Positions 9,866-19,919 of a DNA stretch of 64,000 bases are shown here, in pieces. Below the pieces are notes generated by a model that worked only from the letters and a program-made list of their open reading frames with translations, made no database searches and was not told the DNA's origin. The position numbers and the translations under genes are program-made. How positions within the stretch are numbered: position 1 is the first letter of the stretch; every line of letters begins with the position of its first letter. The DNA comes from Thermodesulfobacteriota bacterium (GTDB lineage: Bacteria; Desulfobacterota; Desulfarculia; JACQYL01), in contig CAXXLZ010000002.1 in the NCBI GenBank assembly GCA_963675595.2, positions 2,912,001 through 2,976,000 of the forward strand, read 5' to 3'.

Positions 9866-10516
9866 TCATTTCACGAGCCCGGAGCGTCGGGCATACTCGA
9901 TCACCTGTCGGCGATTTTCCAGATGAAGCCGCTCAATGATTTCCCCCATGTGATATTTGATCGTATGTTCGGACAAAAACAATTTCGCCCCAACTTCCTT
10001 ATAGGTCAACCCTTGAGCAACAAGTTCAACAACCTCGAGTTGGCGCGGAGTCAGCGCCTCGCCCGGCTCCTTGAACTCCTCAACGGACCCCGTCGCCTCC
10101 GCTTGCCGAGCGAATTCTCTCAGCACGCGGCCGGCCAGGCCCGGAGAGAGAGGCACTTCCCCTCTCATGAGTCCCGAAAGCAGTTCAAAGAATCTGTCGG
10201 TATCTTCTAGCTTGAGCAAATAGCCGCAGGCCCCGCTTTTGATCGCCTCGAACAGATCCTCATCATTCTCCGATATAGTGAGCATCACGATTTTCACATC
10301 GGGTTGTTCCGCCTTGATCAAACGGGTTGCGGCCAAGCCGTCCAATCGGGGCATCTGAATATCCATGAGAATGACTTCGGGGTTCAAAGTGCGCGCCATC
10401 TCCAGCGCCTCGCGGCCGTCGCGTGCCGTGCCGAGCACTTCAACGCCCCTAAGGATCATCAGGTTTTTGAGCCCGTCCAGGAACAGCGGGTGGTCATCCG
10501 CCAAGAGAACTCTCAT
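9866..10516 (-). CDS. NarL/LuxR-family response regulator
   Basis: MRVLLADDHPLF, VILMDIQMP, GYLLK and LuxR HTH LTPRQLEVVELVAQGLTYKEVGAKLFLSEHTIKYH. Confidence 0.95.
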   Translation of the reverse strand: MRVLLADDHPLFLDGLKNLMILRGVEVLGTARDGREALEMARTLNPEVILMDIQMPRLDGLAATRLIKAEQPDVKIVMLTISENDEDLFEAIKSGACGYLLKLEDTDRFFELLSGLMRGEVPLSPGLAGRVLREFARQAEATGSVEEFKEPGEALTPRQLEVVELVAQGLTYKEVGAKLFLSEHTIKYHMGEIIERLHLENRRQVIEYARRSGLVK

Positions 10517-12201
10517 GCCTCATCCTTTCGCCGTGGAACAGAGATGACAACGGAAGTCCCCTTCCCCGCTCCGGAAACGACCTGCAAGTCGGCTCCAACG
10601 GCTTCCGCACGTCCTCGCATCGACCTTAACCCAAACCCTTCGCTTCCGTCGATTTGATGGAGGTCAAAGCCTCCGCCGTTGTCTTCAACCGTGATTCGAA
10701 CCCGGTTGTGATGGAGGCTGAAGATCACCCGGACCGATGAAGCCCCTGAATGTCTCTTCACGTTAACGAGGGCTTCCTGGATAATCGGCTGCAACTGTGC
10801 TTCAACAGCCGAATCGATTCGTCTCTCCTCCAACTCGGGAAGAGCGACCAGCTCGCATTGAATTCCGTAGCTGCGGCCGTAATGATCAAGGTATCCGCGG
10901 AGCCACTCGAGCAGACTCCGATCTCCCGAAGAGTGGGACTTGACGCCGAGCAGATATTCCCGGATCAGCTGCTTGGCCGCCTGAGTCACATCGGCGACGT
11001 GGTTCAGGCAGGAGCCGGCCGACGTCGTGTCCCCTCCGGCGAGCAATTCGCTTGCCGTTCTTACCTGCAGATGCGCAGCCGCCAGCATTTGACCGACCCC
11101 GTCGTGCAGCTCGCGGGCCAGCAATTCCCGTTCCTGCATCATGGCCAGGGTTCGTTGTTGGTCCAGGAGCTGTTCGCGGGCGTTTTTTTGTTCGGTAATG
11201 TCATCGAGCCAAACCAACCGTCCGAGCTGGAAGCCGCGTCGATCCGCCAGGAGAGAAACGGAGGCCTGATACCAATGGACAACACTGTTTCCAAACCGCA
11301 CTTCCGCCTGGATTGCGCCGGGGTTGCGAAGCAGAGCAAGCAGGTCCGGATAACCGTGCAGGACCTCTGCCGCCGTGCGACCGAGGACCTTATGCCTGAC
11401 GATTCCAAGGAGCCTTTGCGCACTTTCGTTCACGTCAACGAGGCATTTATCGTTATCAAACACCACCATCGCCACGGCCATTCGTTCGATGACCGTATCC
11501 CTCGCCAACGGAACCACATCGAACATGCGAAAACGAAAAACGGCAAAGGCATAGGGCAGCAGAGCGACATTCGCAATAACGACCATGGGGTCCAGCGGAG
11601 CGATCGGGTTCCAATTTGTGGAATGGGAAAAATAGGCCAACCGTATGATCAAGGGCGCGCAGATCAGACCGACGGCCACTCCTCGGTGTCGGGGCGAGCG
11701 CACAAAGAGCCGGAGTAAGGCCATGAGATGCAACAGACTCAGGAGGCACGCATAAATGAGGCCTCCCCAATACACTGGTCCGAATTGTGCTCTGATGTAT
11801 CCTTCAAACGAAATTTGCTTCCAAATGAGATGGTGGAAATTATTCGTCGCGACCAACAGCCCCATGGCCAACGGGGCGATGACCAGAGCCGAGAGCGTCC
11901 GTCGAGTCACCCAATCGCCCAATCCGGCATACACTAGGGCAAAACAAAGCTCGGCGGTGACGATGGGAAGTAGGAGAACGGCCTTGAGCTTAAACCAGAA
12001 AAATCTGGTCGCGTCATCCGTGGCGGCCAACAGCAGGGTGTTGCAGAGGACCCAGAGCATGAGCCCGACCAGAAGAACGATAAAAGGCACGACCCCGGGA
12101 GCGGAGAGATTTCGCAGAGCGTAAAGCCCCATGGCGGCCAAGAACAGAACCGACAGCAATGAGGACCAGATGTAGGGAGTGTACTCATACGGCCACGTCA
12201 T
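10513..12201 (-). CDS. HisKA_7TM / PAS / HisKA_3 sensor histidine kinase
   Basis: Seven hydrophobic N-terminal segments, a PAS-like region, ARELHDGVGQ H-box, QEALVNVKRHS, DNGGGF and GFGLRSMRGR; ATGA overlap with the regulator. Confidence 0.92.
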   Translation of the reverse strand: MTWPYEYTPYIWSSLLSVLFLAAMGLYALRNLSAPGVVPFIVLLVGLMLWVLCNTLLLAATDDATRFFWFKLKAVLLLPIVTAELCFALVYAGLGDWVTRRTLSALVIAPLAMGLLVATNNFHHLIWKQISFEGYIRAQFGPVYWGGLIYACLLSLLHLMALLRLFVRSPRHRGVAVGLICAPLIIRLAYFSHSTNWNPIAPLDPMVVIANVALLPYAFAVFRFRMFDVVPLARDTVIERMAVAMVVFDNDKCLVDVNESAQRLLGIVRHKVLGRTAAEVLHGYPDLLALLRNPGAIQAEVRFGNSVVHWYQASVSLLADRRGFQLGRLVWLDDITEQKNAREQLLDQQRTLAMMQERELLARELHDGVGQMLAAAHLQVRTASELLAGGDTTSAGSCLNHVADVTQAAKQLIREYLLGVKSHSSGDRSLLEWLRGYLDHYGRSYGIQCELVALPELEERRIDSAVEAQLQPIIQEALVNVKRHSGASSVRVIFSLHHNRVRITVEDNGGGFDLHQIDGSEGFGLRSMRGRAEAVGADLQVVSGAGKGTSVVISVPRRKDEA

Positions 12202-12648
12202 CTTTCACGACCTCTCTATCCATCAACAGAAACGGCTTCCCATTCGGAGACGGGGCAGCCGTACCGCTCTCCGGAGGACGACGGATCCCCGTCGGGGCCG
12301 TTCTCTTGTCTCAACCGCAATAGAGTCTCGAGTCGAGTCACCCTTGAACTAGCGGAACCGTCTATAAGTTCAAGAAAGCGCATGACATTATCCCGCGGAC
12401 GCGTGGACGCCTCCGACGGCCCTTTAGGGAAAGAAAACCTTAACTGATGGGAGACGATGGACTTGACGGCTCAAGTACTTACGCTCCTTTCGCATTGTAT
12501 TTCAAGCAAACGCAGGCGTGAAGGATCTAATGAATCACATGGGAAGAGAATGGCGGAAGCACGAGCCGTTGCCGGAAGAAATCCTTTTGGAAGTCTTTCG
12601 CAAGCTGAACCGAAGCAAGGAAATACCTCGGGTACGGGAAAATCGAAG

Positions 12649-12815
12649 GTACCTGTTCACAGGGAATTCCTTTGCCGATTCAGGAGACGGGGGGATCCTT
12701 GGAGATACGCGAGGAGACAAGCCTCTCCGCCGAAGGCGGTGAGGCCTGTTTGAGGAGCTTTGGAAGAGGTTACGGGGGAAGACTTTCTCGAAAGTCTTCC
12801 CCCGTGAATGCATGC
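12649..12815. repeat. MITE-like hairpin-rich repeat, family A copy 1
   Basis: Ends GTACCTGTTCAC ... GTGAATGCATGC are imperfect inverted repeats. The internal GCCTCTCCGCCGAAGGCGGTGAGGCCTG and the terminal hairpin GGGGGAAGACTTTC/GAAAGTCTTCCCCC are shared with 61793-62088. Confidence 0.65.
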
Positions 12816-13278
12816 AATCGAAGCGGGTTTTCCAATCCAACCTCCGTCTTCCTGCGCACCCATGCCATGGGCGCCTTTGGAGGGCGAGGTTGGGACCCGG
12901 GAGTTGGACACTGCTGTGAATTGATGCCTCTGTTTTCTTATCGGCGCGGCCACCGGTTTCTGGTTCACCTCGAGCCTCCGGTCGGTTGAGGGGCCGACCG
13001 GAGTGCCTTTCACGTCGGAGGACTATCCTATCACTCTTCTAAAAAAGCGCGGTTTGACGCAGATTGATGAAAAACGATGAGATGCTGGGCGCTCCAATCG
13101 AGAGCAACTTCACATGCGGGAGGGGAGAGTGTGCGATACGCCCCATGGATCGGACTTCCAAAGACGCTCCGCTATGGTGGGTACGGCCATTTGAGTTTAC
13201 TGCGGTCCTGCTGTGGGTGCTTCTTAAAAAGCATTCCTCATTATGGTGGATTCATGCGGCCAAAACTTTGATCCGGCA

Positions 13279-13423
13279 GCTCGTTGAAGAAGTCGAATTA
13301 TCGCGGATTGTTGAAAGACGATGACACGTAAGGCGCGAAAATCCCGAGAAAGGCGTACATAGATGCACGCCGCAGTGACGAGGGATAAAGCGCAACGCCG
13401 CAGATCGTGTTTTTCAACGGTCT
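13279..13423. repeat. MITE-like repeat, family B copy 1
   Basis: Its reverse complement (TTGAAAAACACGATCTGCGGCGTTGCGCTTTATCCCTCGTCACTGCGGCGTG...GCGCCTT...ATAATTCGACTTCTTCAAC) aligns by eye with 27836-27980 and 28078-28203. Confidence 0.7.
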
Positions 13424-14124
13424 ATAGGAGGTTGAAAGGAATAGCCCACGGCATACACCGTACGGATCAGCTCCCGGCCCGGCAGATGCTCGGCCAGTTT
13501 TTTGCGCAGGTTCTTCACGTGGGAATCCATGGTTCGATCGTACCCCTCAAAGGCGTAACCCCGCACGCAGTTGATGAGCTCGTTGCGGGTGAACACCCGT
13601 TTGGGATCGGCCATGAGGGTGCTCAGCAATCGAAATTCACTTGGTGTAAGAGTGAGTTCCCGGCCATGGACGGTGACGGCTCGGCTGCGTTCGTCCAGGA
13701 CGATGGGGCCGAACTCTATCTTCTTTCCCGCGGGTTCCGGATGGGTCCTCCGCAACACCGCTCTGACGCGGGCCACCACTTCGCGCGGGCTGAACGGCTT
13801 GCACACATAGTCGTCCGCTCCCAGTTCCAACCCCAAAAGCCGGTCCACTTCGTCCACTTTGGCGGTGATCATGATGATGGGCACCGTGGAGAATTTCCGC
13901 AATTCACGGCAAACGCTCACCCCGTCCATGCCCGGCAACATGAGGTCCAGCAGGATCAGATCGGGCTCGGATTGGCGCACCTGGGGGATCACCCGGTCGC
14001 CCCGTTCCAGCACTATCACCGAAAAGCCGCCCTGCTCCAAATAGTCCTTCAACAGCTCGGCGAGCTTGGCTTCATCCTCGACAACGAGTACTTTGCTTAT
14101 CGGAGTCATTGGATTCCTTTCCAC
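13414..14124 (-). CDS. baeR: OmpR-family response regulator, BaeR-like
   Basis: VLVVEDEAKLA, LLDLMLPG, GADDYVCKPFSPREVVARV and DRTMDSHVKNLRKKL. Confidence 0.85.
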   Translation of the reverse strand: MERNPMTPISKVLVVEDEAKLAELLKDYLEQGGFSVIVLERGDRVIPQVRQSEPDLILLDLMLPGMDGVSVCRELRKFSTVPIIMITAKVDEVDRLLGLELGADDYVCKPFSPREVVARVRAVLRRTHPEPAGKKIEFGPIVLDERSRAVTVHGRELTLTPSEFRLLSTLMADPKRVFTRNELINCVRGYAFEGYDRTMDSHVKNLRKKLAEHLPGRELIRTVYAVGYSFQPPIDR

Positions 14125-15521
14125 ACCTGATCAATCGGTTTCCAGTGGGAGGCGGATTTCAATCCCGAGACCGCCCATTGCGGCCTTTCGCGCCGCAATG
14201 GTTCCGCCGTGAGCCTCCACGATCCGTTGAGATATGGCCAGACCCAACCCGCTGCCCCCGGTCTTCCGACTGCGTGCAGGATCCACACGATAGAGTCGAT
14301 CGAAGATGCGGTTCAGGGACGCGTCGGGCACCCCCGGCCCCGAATCCTGAAACTCGATGAAAAGCGTGTCTTCCCGCCGCTCGTAGGAGATCCACAAGGT
14401 GCCGGGGCTCTCGGTATATCGTTCGGAATTGTGTAGAATATTGGAAAACACCTGTGCCATGCGGTTTTCGTCTCCCTGAAACCGAAACGGCTCCTCCCCC
14501 CGGGCTTCAAGAACGACGCCGATGTTCCTTGCGGCCAGCCGCTCACGAAACGAGTCCACCGTGCGCTCCAGAACCGGAAGAAGGTCCATGGGGCGCTTCT
14601 CGTAGTGCAGGGCCCCGCTTTCCGTGATGGAAAGCAAGTGAAGGTCCTCCACCAATCGATGAATGTACAGCACCTCCGCGTGCAGCGATTCCAGGGTCTT
14701 TTCGTTCAACGTACGCACACCGTCCTGCACCGCTTCGATCTCTCCACGTAAGATGGACAGGGGCGTTCGAAGTTCGTGAGAAATGTCGGAAAGCCATTGA
14801 CGACGTAACTCCTCATACCGTCTCAGGTTTTGAGCCATCTCATCAAACTCCTTGGCCAGTTGTCCCAGCTCGTCGCTTCTGCGGATCGGAATTCGCGCAT
14901 CGAACTTCAGAGAACGCAACGCCCGCGTGCCCGCCAGAAGCTGTTTGATGGGCGAGGCCAAATGCCTGGCGATGAGAATCGACCCGACGAACGCGAGCAG
15001 CAGGATGACGCAGCCGATAACATAGAAGGCCCGCGTTTGCCGCTTGAGAAACGCGACGTCCAATGGATGCGTCAAATTCCGTTGTTTCCTTAGAGAAACC
15101 CAACCCACCGCGGCCTCATTCACGACAATGGGACGGATCGCCCCTGAACCGGACTGATAAGGAGGCCCGGCCAGCAGGTTCTTGTTCGCGTCGAGCAGAG
15201 ACAGACGGCTCATCAGTCGGTCCAGGTCCACTTCCCGCGGCGGCGGGGGAGGAGGAGGCGGGGGCGGCCGAAGAACACCCCTTTGGTCCCCGAGAGCGCC
15301 GTTACGCGGTGGTGTGAGCGGCAAAGGCTGCGGCAACGGTGCACGCGGACGGGGCGTGGTTTCGGGTTCACCTCCGTTGACCGAGCGGCGAATGAGCCGA
15401 TGCCACAGGATCTCGTTTTGCCGGAATGCCCTCCAATTCCCTTCACGAGTATACCAGGACGCCAGTTCCGTAATGAGCGTGCGCAGGTTCTCCAATTCCG
15501 CGTTGGTCACATATTCGGAAA

Positions 15522-17071
15522 CTAGAGTTTAGAGTCTGGCGACCCTTGGTATAGGAAAAATGCGAATAAAGACAACAAAGTACTTGACATTGCCGCGCGG
15601 ATGCGCGGCCGCCTTTGGCGGCCCTTTAAGGAAAGAAACCTTTCCTTGGGGGTCAACCAATGGATTCGACGGCTCAAGCACTTATGCTCCTATCGCAGTG
15701 GATTTCCTTTCTATTTCAGGCCGTTCCGTGCAGAATAGCTCCGACTCTTCTGGAACTCCTGATGGGATGTATGGTCTGCCGCGGCGGCCATATTTCTTCC
15801 GCGCTTCTGGCCGTTCGGCCCCAGTTGTCCTGGACCGCCTATTACAAGGCCATCGAAAAGGGCCGATTCCAATGGCTTGCGCTAGCCCGGCAATGGATGC
15901 GCCTGATCCTGAAACGGATTCCAAACCGATCCATCGAGTTCGCCATAGACGACTTCCCTTTGCCCAGATCGTCCAAGAAAGCTCCCTGCGCCGGTTGGCA
16001 TTACGATCACGCGCACCGGCCCAACCGCCCCAAATTCCTGTGGGGACAGCTTCGGGTTTCTCTGGCTGTCATCTGCCGCCACAAGGGCCGGGTAGCCGCG
16101 TTTCCCCTCTTGTTTCGGCTCATCCGCAAAAAAGGGAACACCACCAAACTGGACGCGGCGCGGCTCTTGATGTCCGTTCTCATGACTTGGCTGCCGGATC
16201 GCTTTCTCATTATTCTGCTGCTCGATGCCTGGTATATGAAAAGCTCCCTGGTGGTTCCCCTGATTCGCGATGGTGTGACGGTCATCGGCCAAGTCCGCAA
16301 AGATACCGCCCTGTTTTTGCCTCCGGACAATCCGCCTCGGAAGAAACGGGGCAGACCCAGAAAGTATGGGGAAAAACTCACGTTGGAAAACATCGGACGA
16401 TTCTGTCGTCCGGTGGAGAAAACCCTCTTTGCCTACGGCTCGGAACGAGTTTTCCAGTTCTACCAAACCAAAGCCAAAGTCCGCTTCCTGGACGGCCGGT
16501 TGTGCAAGATCGTGTGGTGCCGGTTTATGTCCGACAACCCCTCTTGGTCCGATTGGCATCTTCTGATCAGTACCGATCCCGACATGGACGGCGCGGAAGT
16601 GATTACACGCTATGCACGACGATGGTGGACCGAGCCCATGTTCAACGAGATCAAGCACCTGTTCGGACTGAAAAATGCTTGGCAGCAGACACGGCAGACA
16701 TTGGCTCGATGGAGCATGATCTTGTGCCTGGCCTACGGCTTGCCACGGCTCTTGGCGCTCTGCCTGGGTCCCAACGCGGCCTATACGATGTTTCCAATCC
16801 CTTGGAGAAAGAACAGGCCCGCCACCGCCGGCTGGATGGCCGCAGCCATCGGTCGTCTTTTCGGCAACTTAAACGTGCGAGCCATGTGGAACCGGAAATC
16901 CAAAAAATTCCAACCGGAATTCACCGATTCTCCGGAAGACTTGGGGCGCGCTGCCTGATATCCGTGTTCAGTCAATCATCTCAAAGCCTTACGTCAACGG
17001 TATTCAACCCGTCTTGGAGAACTATGCTCTTCTATACAAACTTGGCTGCCCCGCATGGCTCTAAACTCTAG
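15522..17071 (+). mobile_element. IS701-like insertion sequence (1550 bp)
   Basis: Perfect 13-bp terminal inverted repeats CTAGAGTTTAGAG / CTCTAAACTCTAG; 8-bp target duplication TTCGGAAA at 15514-15521 and 17072-17079. Confidence 0.92.
15660..16958 (+). CDS. IS701-like DDE transposase
   Basis: FAIDD, LLDAWY, GRPRKYG and YARRWWTEPMFNEIK motifs. Confidence 0.9.
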   Translation: MDSTAQALMLLSQWISFLFQAVPCRIAPTLLELLMGCMVCRGGHISSALLAVRPQLSWTAYYKAIEKGRFQWLALARQWMRLILKRIPNRSIEFAIDDFPLPRSSKKAPCAGWHYDHAHRPNRPKFLWGQLRVSLAVICRHKGRVAAFPLLFRLIRKKGNTTKLDAARLLMSVLMTWLPDRFLIILLLDAWYMKSSLVVPLIRDGVTVIGQVRKDTALFLPPDNPPRKKRGRPRKYGEKLTLENIGRFCRPVEKTLFAYGSERVFQFYQTKAKVRFLDGRLCKIVWCRFMSDNPSWSDWHLLISTDPDMDGAEVITRYARRWWTEPMFNEIKHLFGLKNAWQQTRQTLARWSMILCLAYGLPRLLALCLGPNAAYTMFPIPWRKNRPATAGWMAAAIGRLFGNLNVRAMWNRKSKKFQPEFTDSPEDLGRAA

Positions 17072-17295
17072 TTCGGAAAAACTCCGATGGGAGAACACCC
17101 GCATGGTCACCACGGAGGCGATGACAATGAGCGCGGACAAGATGAGGAAAGCCGCGAGGAGTTTGTGGATCAGTCGAATACGCACGGTCGACCTCTTTGA
17201 ACAAGGATGGATTCCCGTCGTCTGAACGATTTCACCATAAAACATCCGAGCTTAGGATGCACCCCCCCTTTAGTCGATCCCATATTCATCCCATG

Positions 17296-17318
17296 ACTCC
17301 TCCATATTTTCTCCAGAA
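17296..17318. promoter_or_regulatory. Candidate BaeR-type operator (CTCCA direct repeat with 11-bp spacing)
   Basis: CTCCTCCATATTTTCTCCAG lies in the divergent intergenic region and resembles the TTTTCTCCA BaeR box. Confidence 0.35.
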
Positions 17319-17749
17319 TCGTCTCATAAAATCATAGACCGAAATTCAACAACTCCTAACCTCAGGCACCGAGGCATACCAAGACGGCAGGATTTGCATT
17401 CCACATTGCGGAGCTCAATAGTTCGAACGTGTCTTTCTTGAAACGAAGACCAAGACAGACTGGTACTGAAATAAAGTCAAGCCAATACTCTTATAACGAC
17501 AATGCTTATTCTAAGGTTTCAAGCATTTACTATCATATCAAGAAATATTAACCGAAATTATAAAAGGAACAAAACCACTAACTTACATCATCTTACTGCG
17601 GAGAATGGAGGTGATCCTATATCGTTATTAATGATTTTATAGGTAGGTGATGTATAGCCGGTAGATAATATGGATGACTACAATGTTCGGAGCCATAATG
17701 ATCGGCTACCGGGAAATAATTCTTAATAAACTGGAGAAAGGCGACATCT

Positions 17750-18208
17750 ATGAAACAGCGAATGAACACCTTTTTGGGCATAGCACTGGTCGCAGCGGTC
17801 CTTATCTGCGGGTCCGCTTGGGCGCAAACCGAAACCGGTCCCACGCCTCCGCCCCCCGACATGAAATCGGCACTTTGTACGGACGGGACCTATCTTTACG
17901 TGGGAATGGGTCGCTTTGTGTTCCAGTACGACATGACGGACAGTTCTTTGATCAACACGTTGGAATTGGAGGAACTTGAACCCGTGGAAACAAGGGATGA
18001 TGCGACAGGTGAATCGGAACCGCCCCTCCGCGCTCCCATGGTGTCCGGCATCAGTACCGACGGCGCGCGGCTGTACGTGCTCGTGGGTCCGTTGGTACAC
18101 CAATACTCCCTGCCGGACCTTGAATTCTTGGAGTACTTCCAAATACCGAAACCCGAGGCCGGAGATTCGGCACAAAGCACGGGAACGCACTTTTTCTCCA
18201 TGAGATAG
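17750..18208 (+). CDS. Secreted hypothetical protein with an internal duplicated beta motif
   Basis: Signal peptide ending SAWA; repeated TDGTYLYVGMGRFVFQYD / TDGARLYVLVGPLVHQYS. Confidence 0.75.
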   Translation: MKQRMNTFLGIALVAAVLICGSAWAQTETGPTPPPPDMKSALCTDGTYLYVGMGRFVFQYDMTDSSLINTLELEELEPVETRDDATGESEPPLRAPMVSGISTDGARLYVLVGPLVHQYSLPDLEFLEYFQIPKPEAGDSAQSTGTHFFSMR

Positions 18209-18263
18209 ATCGAAACCGGGGGCGAGTCGCGTCCTCTATCGACCGCCCCTTCCTGAAATCAAA

Positions 18264-19844
18264 TTGGTCTTGTTGAAAGGCGGAGAATACACAAGAATGA
18301 AGAACTCCGCCGCAAGTCGACCGCATTTTAAGGATGTCATTATGCGAATCACCGCCAAGTATGCAAAAATGAGTATGTTCTTCTTGTTCGCCTTTGCGAT
18401 GTTCTTCGCAAAGAGCGCTTTTTGTTCGGCGCCCCCCGATTCTCCCGTATTGGACGTCCACGTCAACGGATTTACGGTCACTCTCAAGTGGACGCCCCCG
18501 GAGGACGCGGACGGATATATACTTTCCTACGCCCCTTTTCCTTACGCCGAGCCCATTGAGGATTTGAATCTAGGCAACATCACGGAAGCGTCTTTCGGTT
18601 TGTGGGCCGGGGCGGCTTTTTATGTGGCCGTTCAAGCGTACAACGAATCGGGAATCAGCGATTTTTCGAACGTAGTGGATTTCGTGATCGAAAGCACAAA
18701 TTACCCGATAGTGGATACGGGTCAGGACACGTATTACGGGACCGAATCCGAAATTCCCGAACCCGGCCCGGGGGATGCATTCTATGGCCAGGATGCGAAC
18801 CACGACGGCAACCGGCCGGCTTACACAATGAGCTCCGACATGTTGACGGTCTACGACAACGTCACCGGCTTGACTTGGCAACAGGGCTTCTCCGAGACCA
18901 AGCTGACCTACTCGGAGGCCCTGGACTACGTGGATACCGTGAACGCTCAAAACTACGGGGGTTACAGCGATTGGCGGTTACCCACGATCAAGCAGCTTTA
19001 CTCCCTCATCGACTTCCGAGGCACGGATCCGTCGACCGACGGAACCGACACCACCGGTCTGATACCCTTTATCGATATGGATTACTTCGACTTCGAATGG
19101 GGAAATCCCGAATCGGGTGAGCGAATCATCGATTCTCAGTGGGCGTCGAACACGCTTTACACGGCGGACAACAATATGATGTTCGGGGTGAATTTCGCCG
19201 ACGGGCGGATCAAAGGATACGGCATGATCCCCGGCGACCCGCTGCGAAGCGAGAAAACCTTCTATGTCCGGCTTTGTCGTGGAAATGCCGAGTATGGAAC
19301 CAACCGGCTCACAGACAACGGGGACGGCACGGTAACGGACCAGGCTACGGGATTGATGTGGGCCCAATCGGACAGCGGGACGGGCATGACCTGGGAAAAC
19401 GCCTTGGCCTGGGTTCAAAGCAGGAACGCGGAGAGCCATCTGGGTCACAATGATTGGCGGCTGCCCAACGCCAAGGAGCTCCAAAGCATCGTGGACTACA
19501 CACGATCACCGGATACGACCGATTCGCCGGCCGGCGACCCGGTGTTCGACGTCACTCAAATCATCAATTTGGCCGGACAAATCGATTATCCGTTTTTCTG
19601 GACCGGCACCACTCACATCCGCAGCCGGCATTTCGACGAAGGCGCAGCAGCCGTGTACATCGCCTTCGGGCGGGGTCTCGGTGAAATGAACGGCGAGATT
19701 ATCGATGTTCACGGGGCGGGTTGTCAGAGGAGCGACCCCAAAACGGGGGATCCGAACGAATTCCCCCGTAGCGGCTACGGCCCTCAGGGCGATGTTCAGC
19801 GGCTCTTCAACTACGTTCGGTTGGTGCGTGACGCCGACCTGTGA
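18264..19844 (+). CDS. Secreted FN3-like plus tandem DUF1566 (Lcl C-terminal) protein
   Basis: VTLKWTPP...YVAVQAYNESGISDFS, YPIVDTGQ, DNVTGLTWQ, DWRLPTIKQLYSL, DNGDGTVTDQATGLMW and NYVRLVR. The start is probably nearer 18342-18369. Confidence 0.85.
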   Translation: MVLLKGGEYTRMKNSAASRPHFKDVIMRITAKYAKMSMFFLFAFAMFFAKSAFCSAPPDSPVLDVHVNGFTVTLKWTPPEDADGYILSYAPFPYAEPIEDLNLGNITEASFGLWAGAAFYVAVQAYNESGISDFSNVVDFVIESTNYPIVDTGQDTYYGTESEIPEPGPGDAFYGQDANHDGNRPAYTMSSDMLTVYDNVTGLTWQQGFSETKLTYSEALDYVDTVNAQNYGGYSDWRLPTIKQLYSLIDFRGTDPSTDGTDTTGLIPFIDMDYFDFEWGNPESGERIIDSQWASNTLYTADNNMMFGVNFADGRIKGYGMIPGDPLRSEKTFYVRLCRGNAEYGTNRLTDNGDGTVTDQATGLMWAQSDSGTGMTWENALAWVQSRNAESHLGHNDWRLPNAKELQSIVDYTRSPDTTDSPAGDPVFDVTQIINLAGQIDYPFFWTGTTHIRSRHFDEGAAAVYIAFGRGLGEMNGEIIDVHGAGCQRSDPKTGDPNEFPRSGYGPQGDVQRLFNYVRLVRDADL

Positions 19845-19919
19845 CGCTCAGCAGGCCAAAACAAACGGAAGTGAACCGAGTTATTCACCCCGTGCTCAAG
19901 ATCAAATCATTCTACGCCT

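Larger units (their letters stand above)
14131..17185 (-). pseudogene. baeS: BaeS-like HAMP sensor histidine kinase interrupted by an IS
   Basis: The N-terminal TM segment (GTG 17185, RBS AAAGAGG; VRIRLIHKLLAAFLILSALIVIASVVTMRVFSHRSFSE) joins in frame to YVTNAELENL...DISHELRTPL...GGSGLGLAIS once the IS and one copy of the target duplication are removed. Confidence 0.88.

Noticed and set aside
12457-13324. Short ORFs between the kinase and baeR
   Set aside because: They overlap the repeat elements and have no recognisable protein features.
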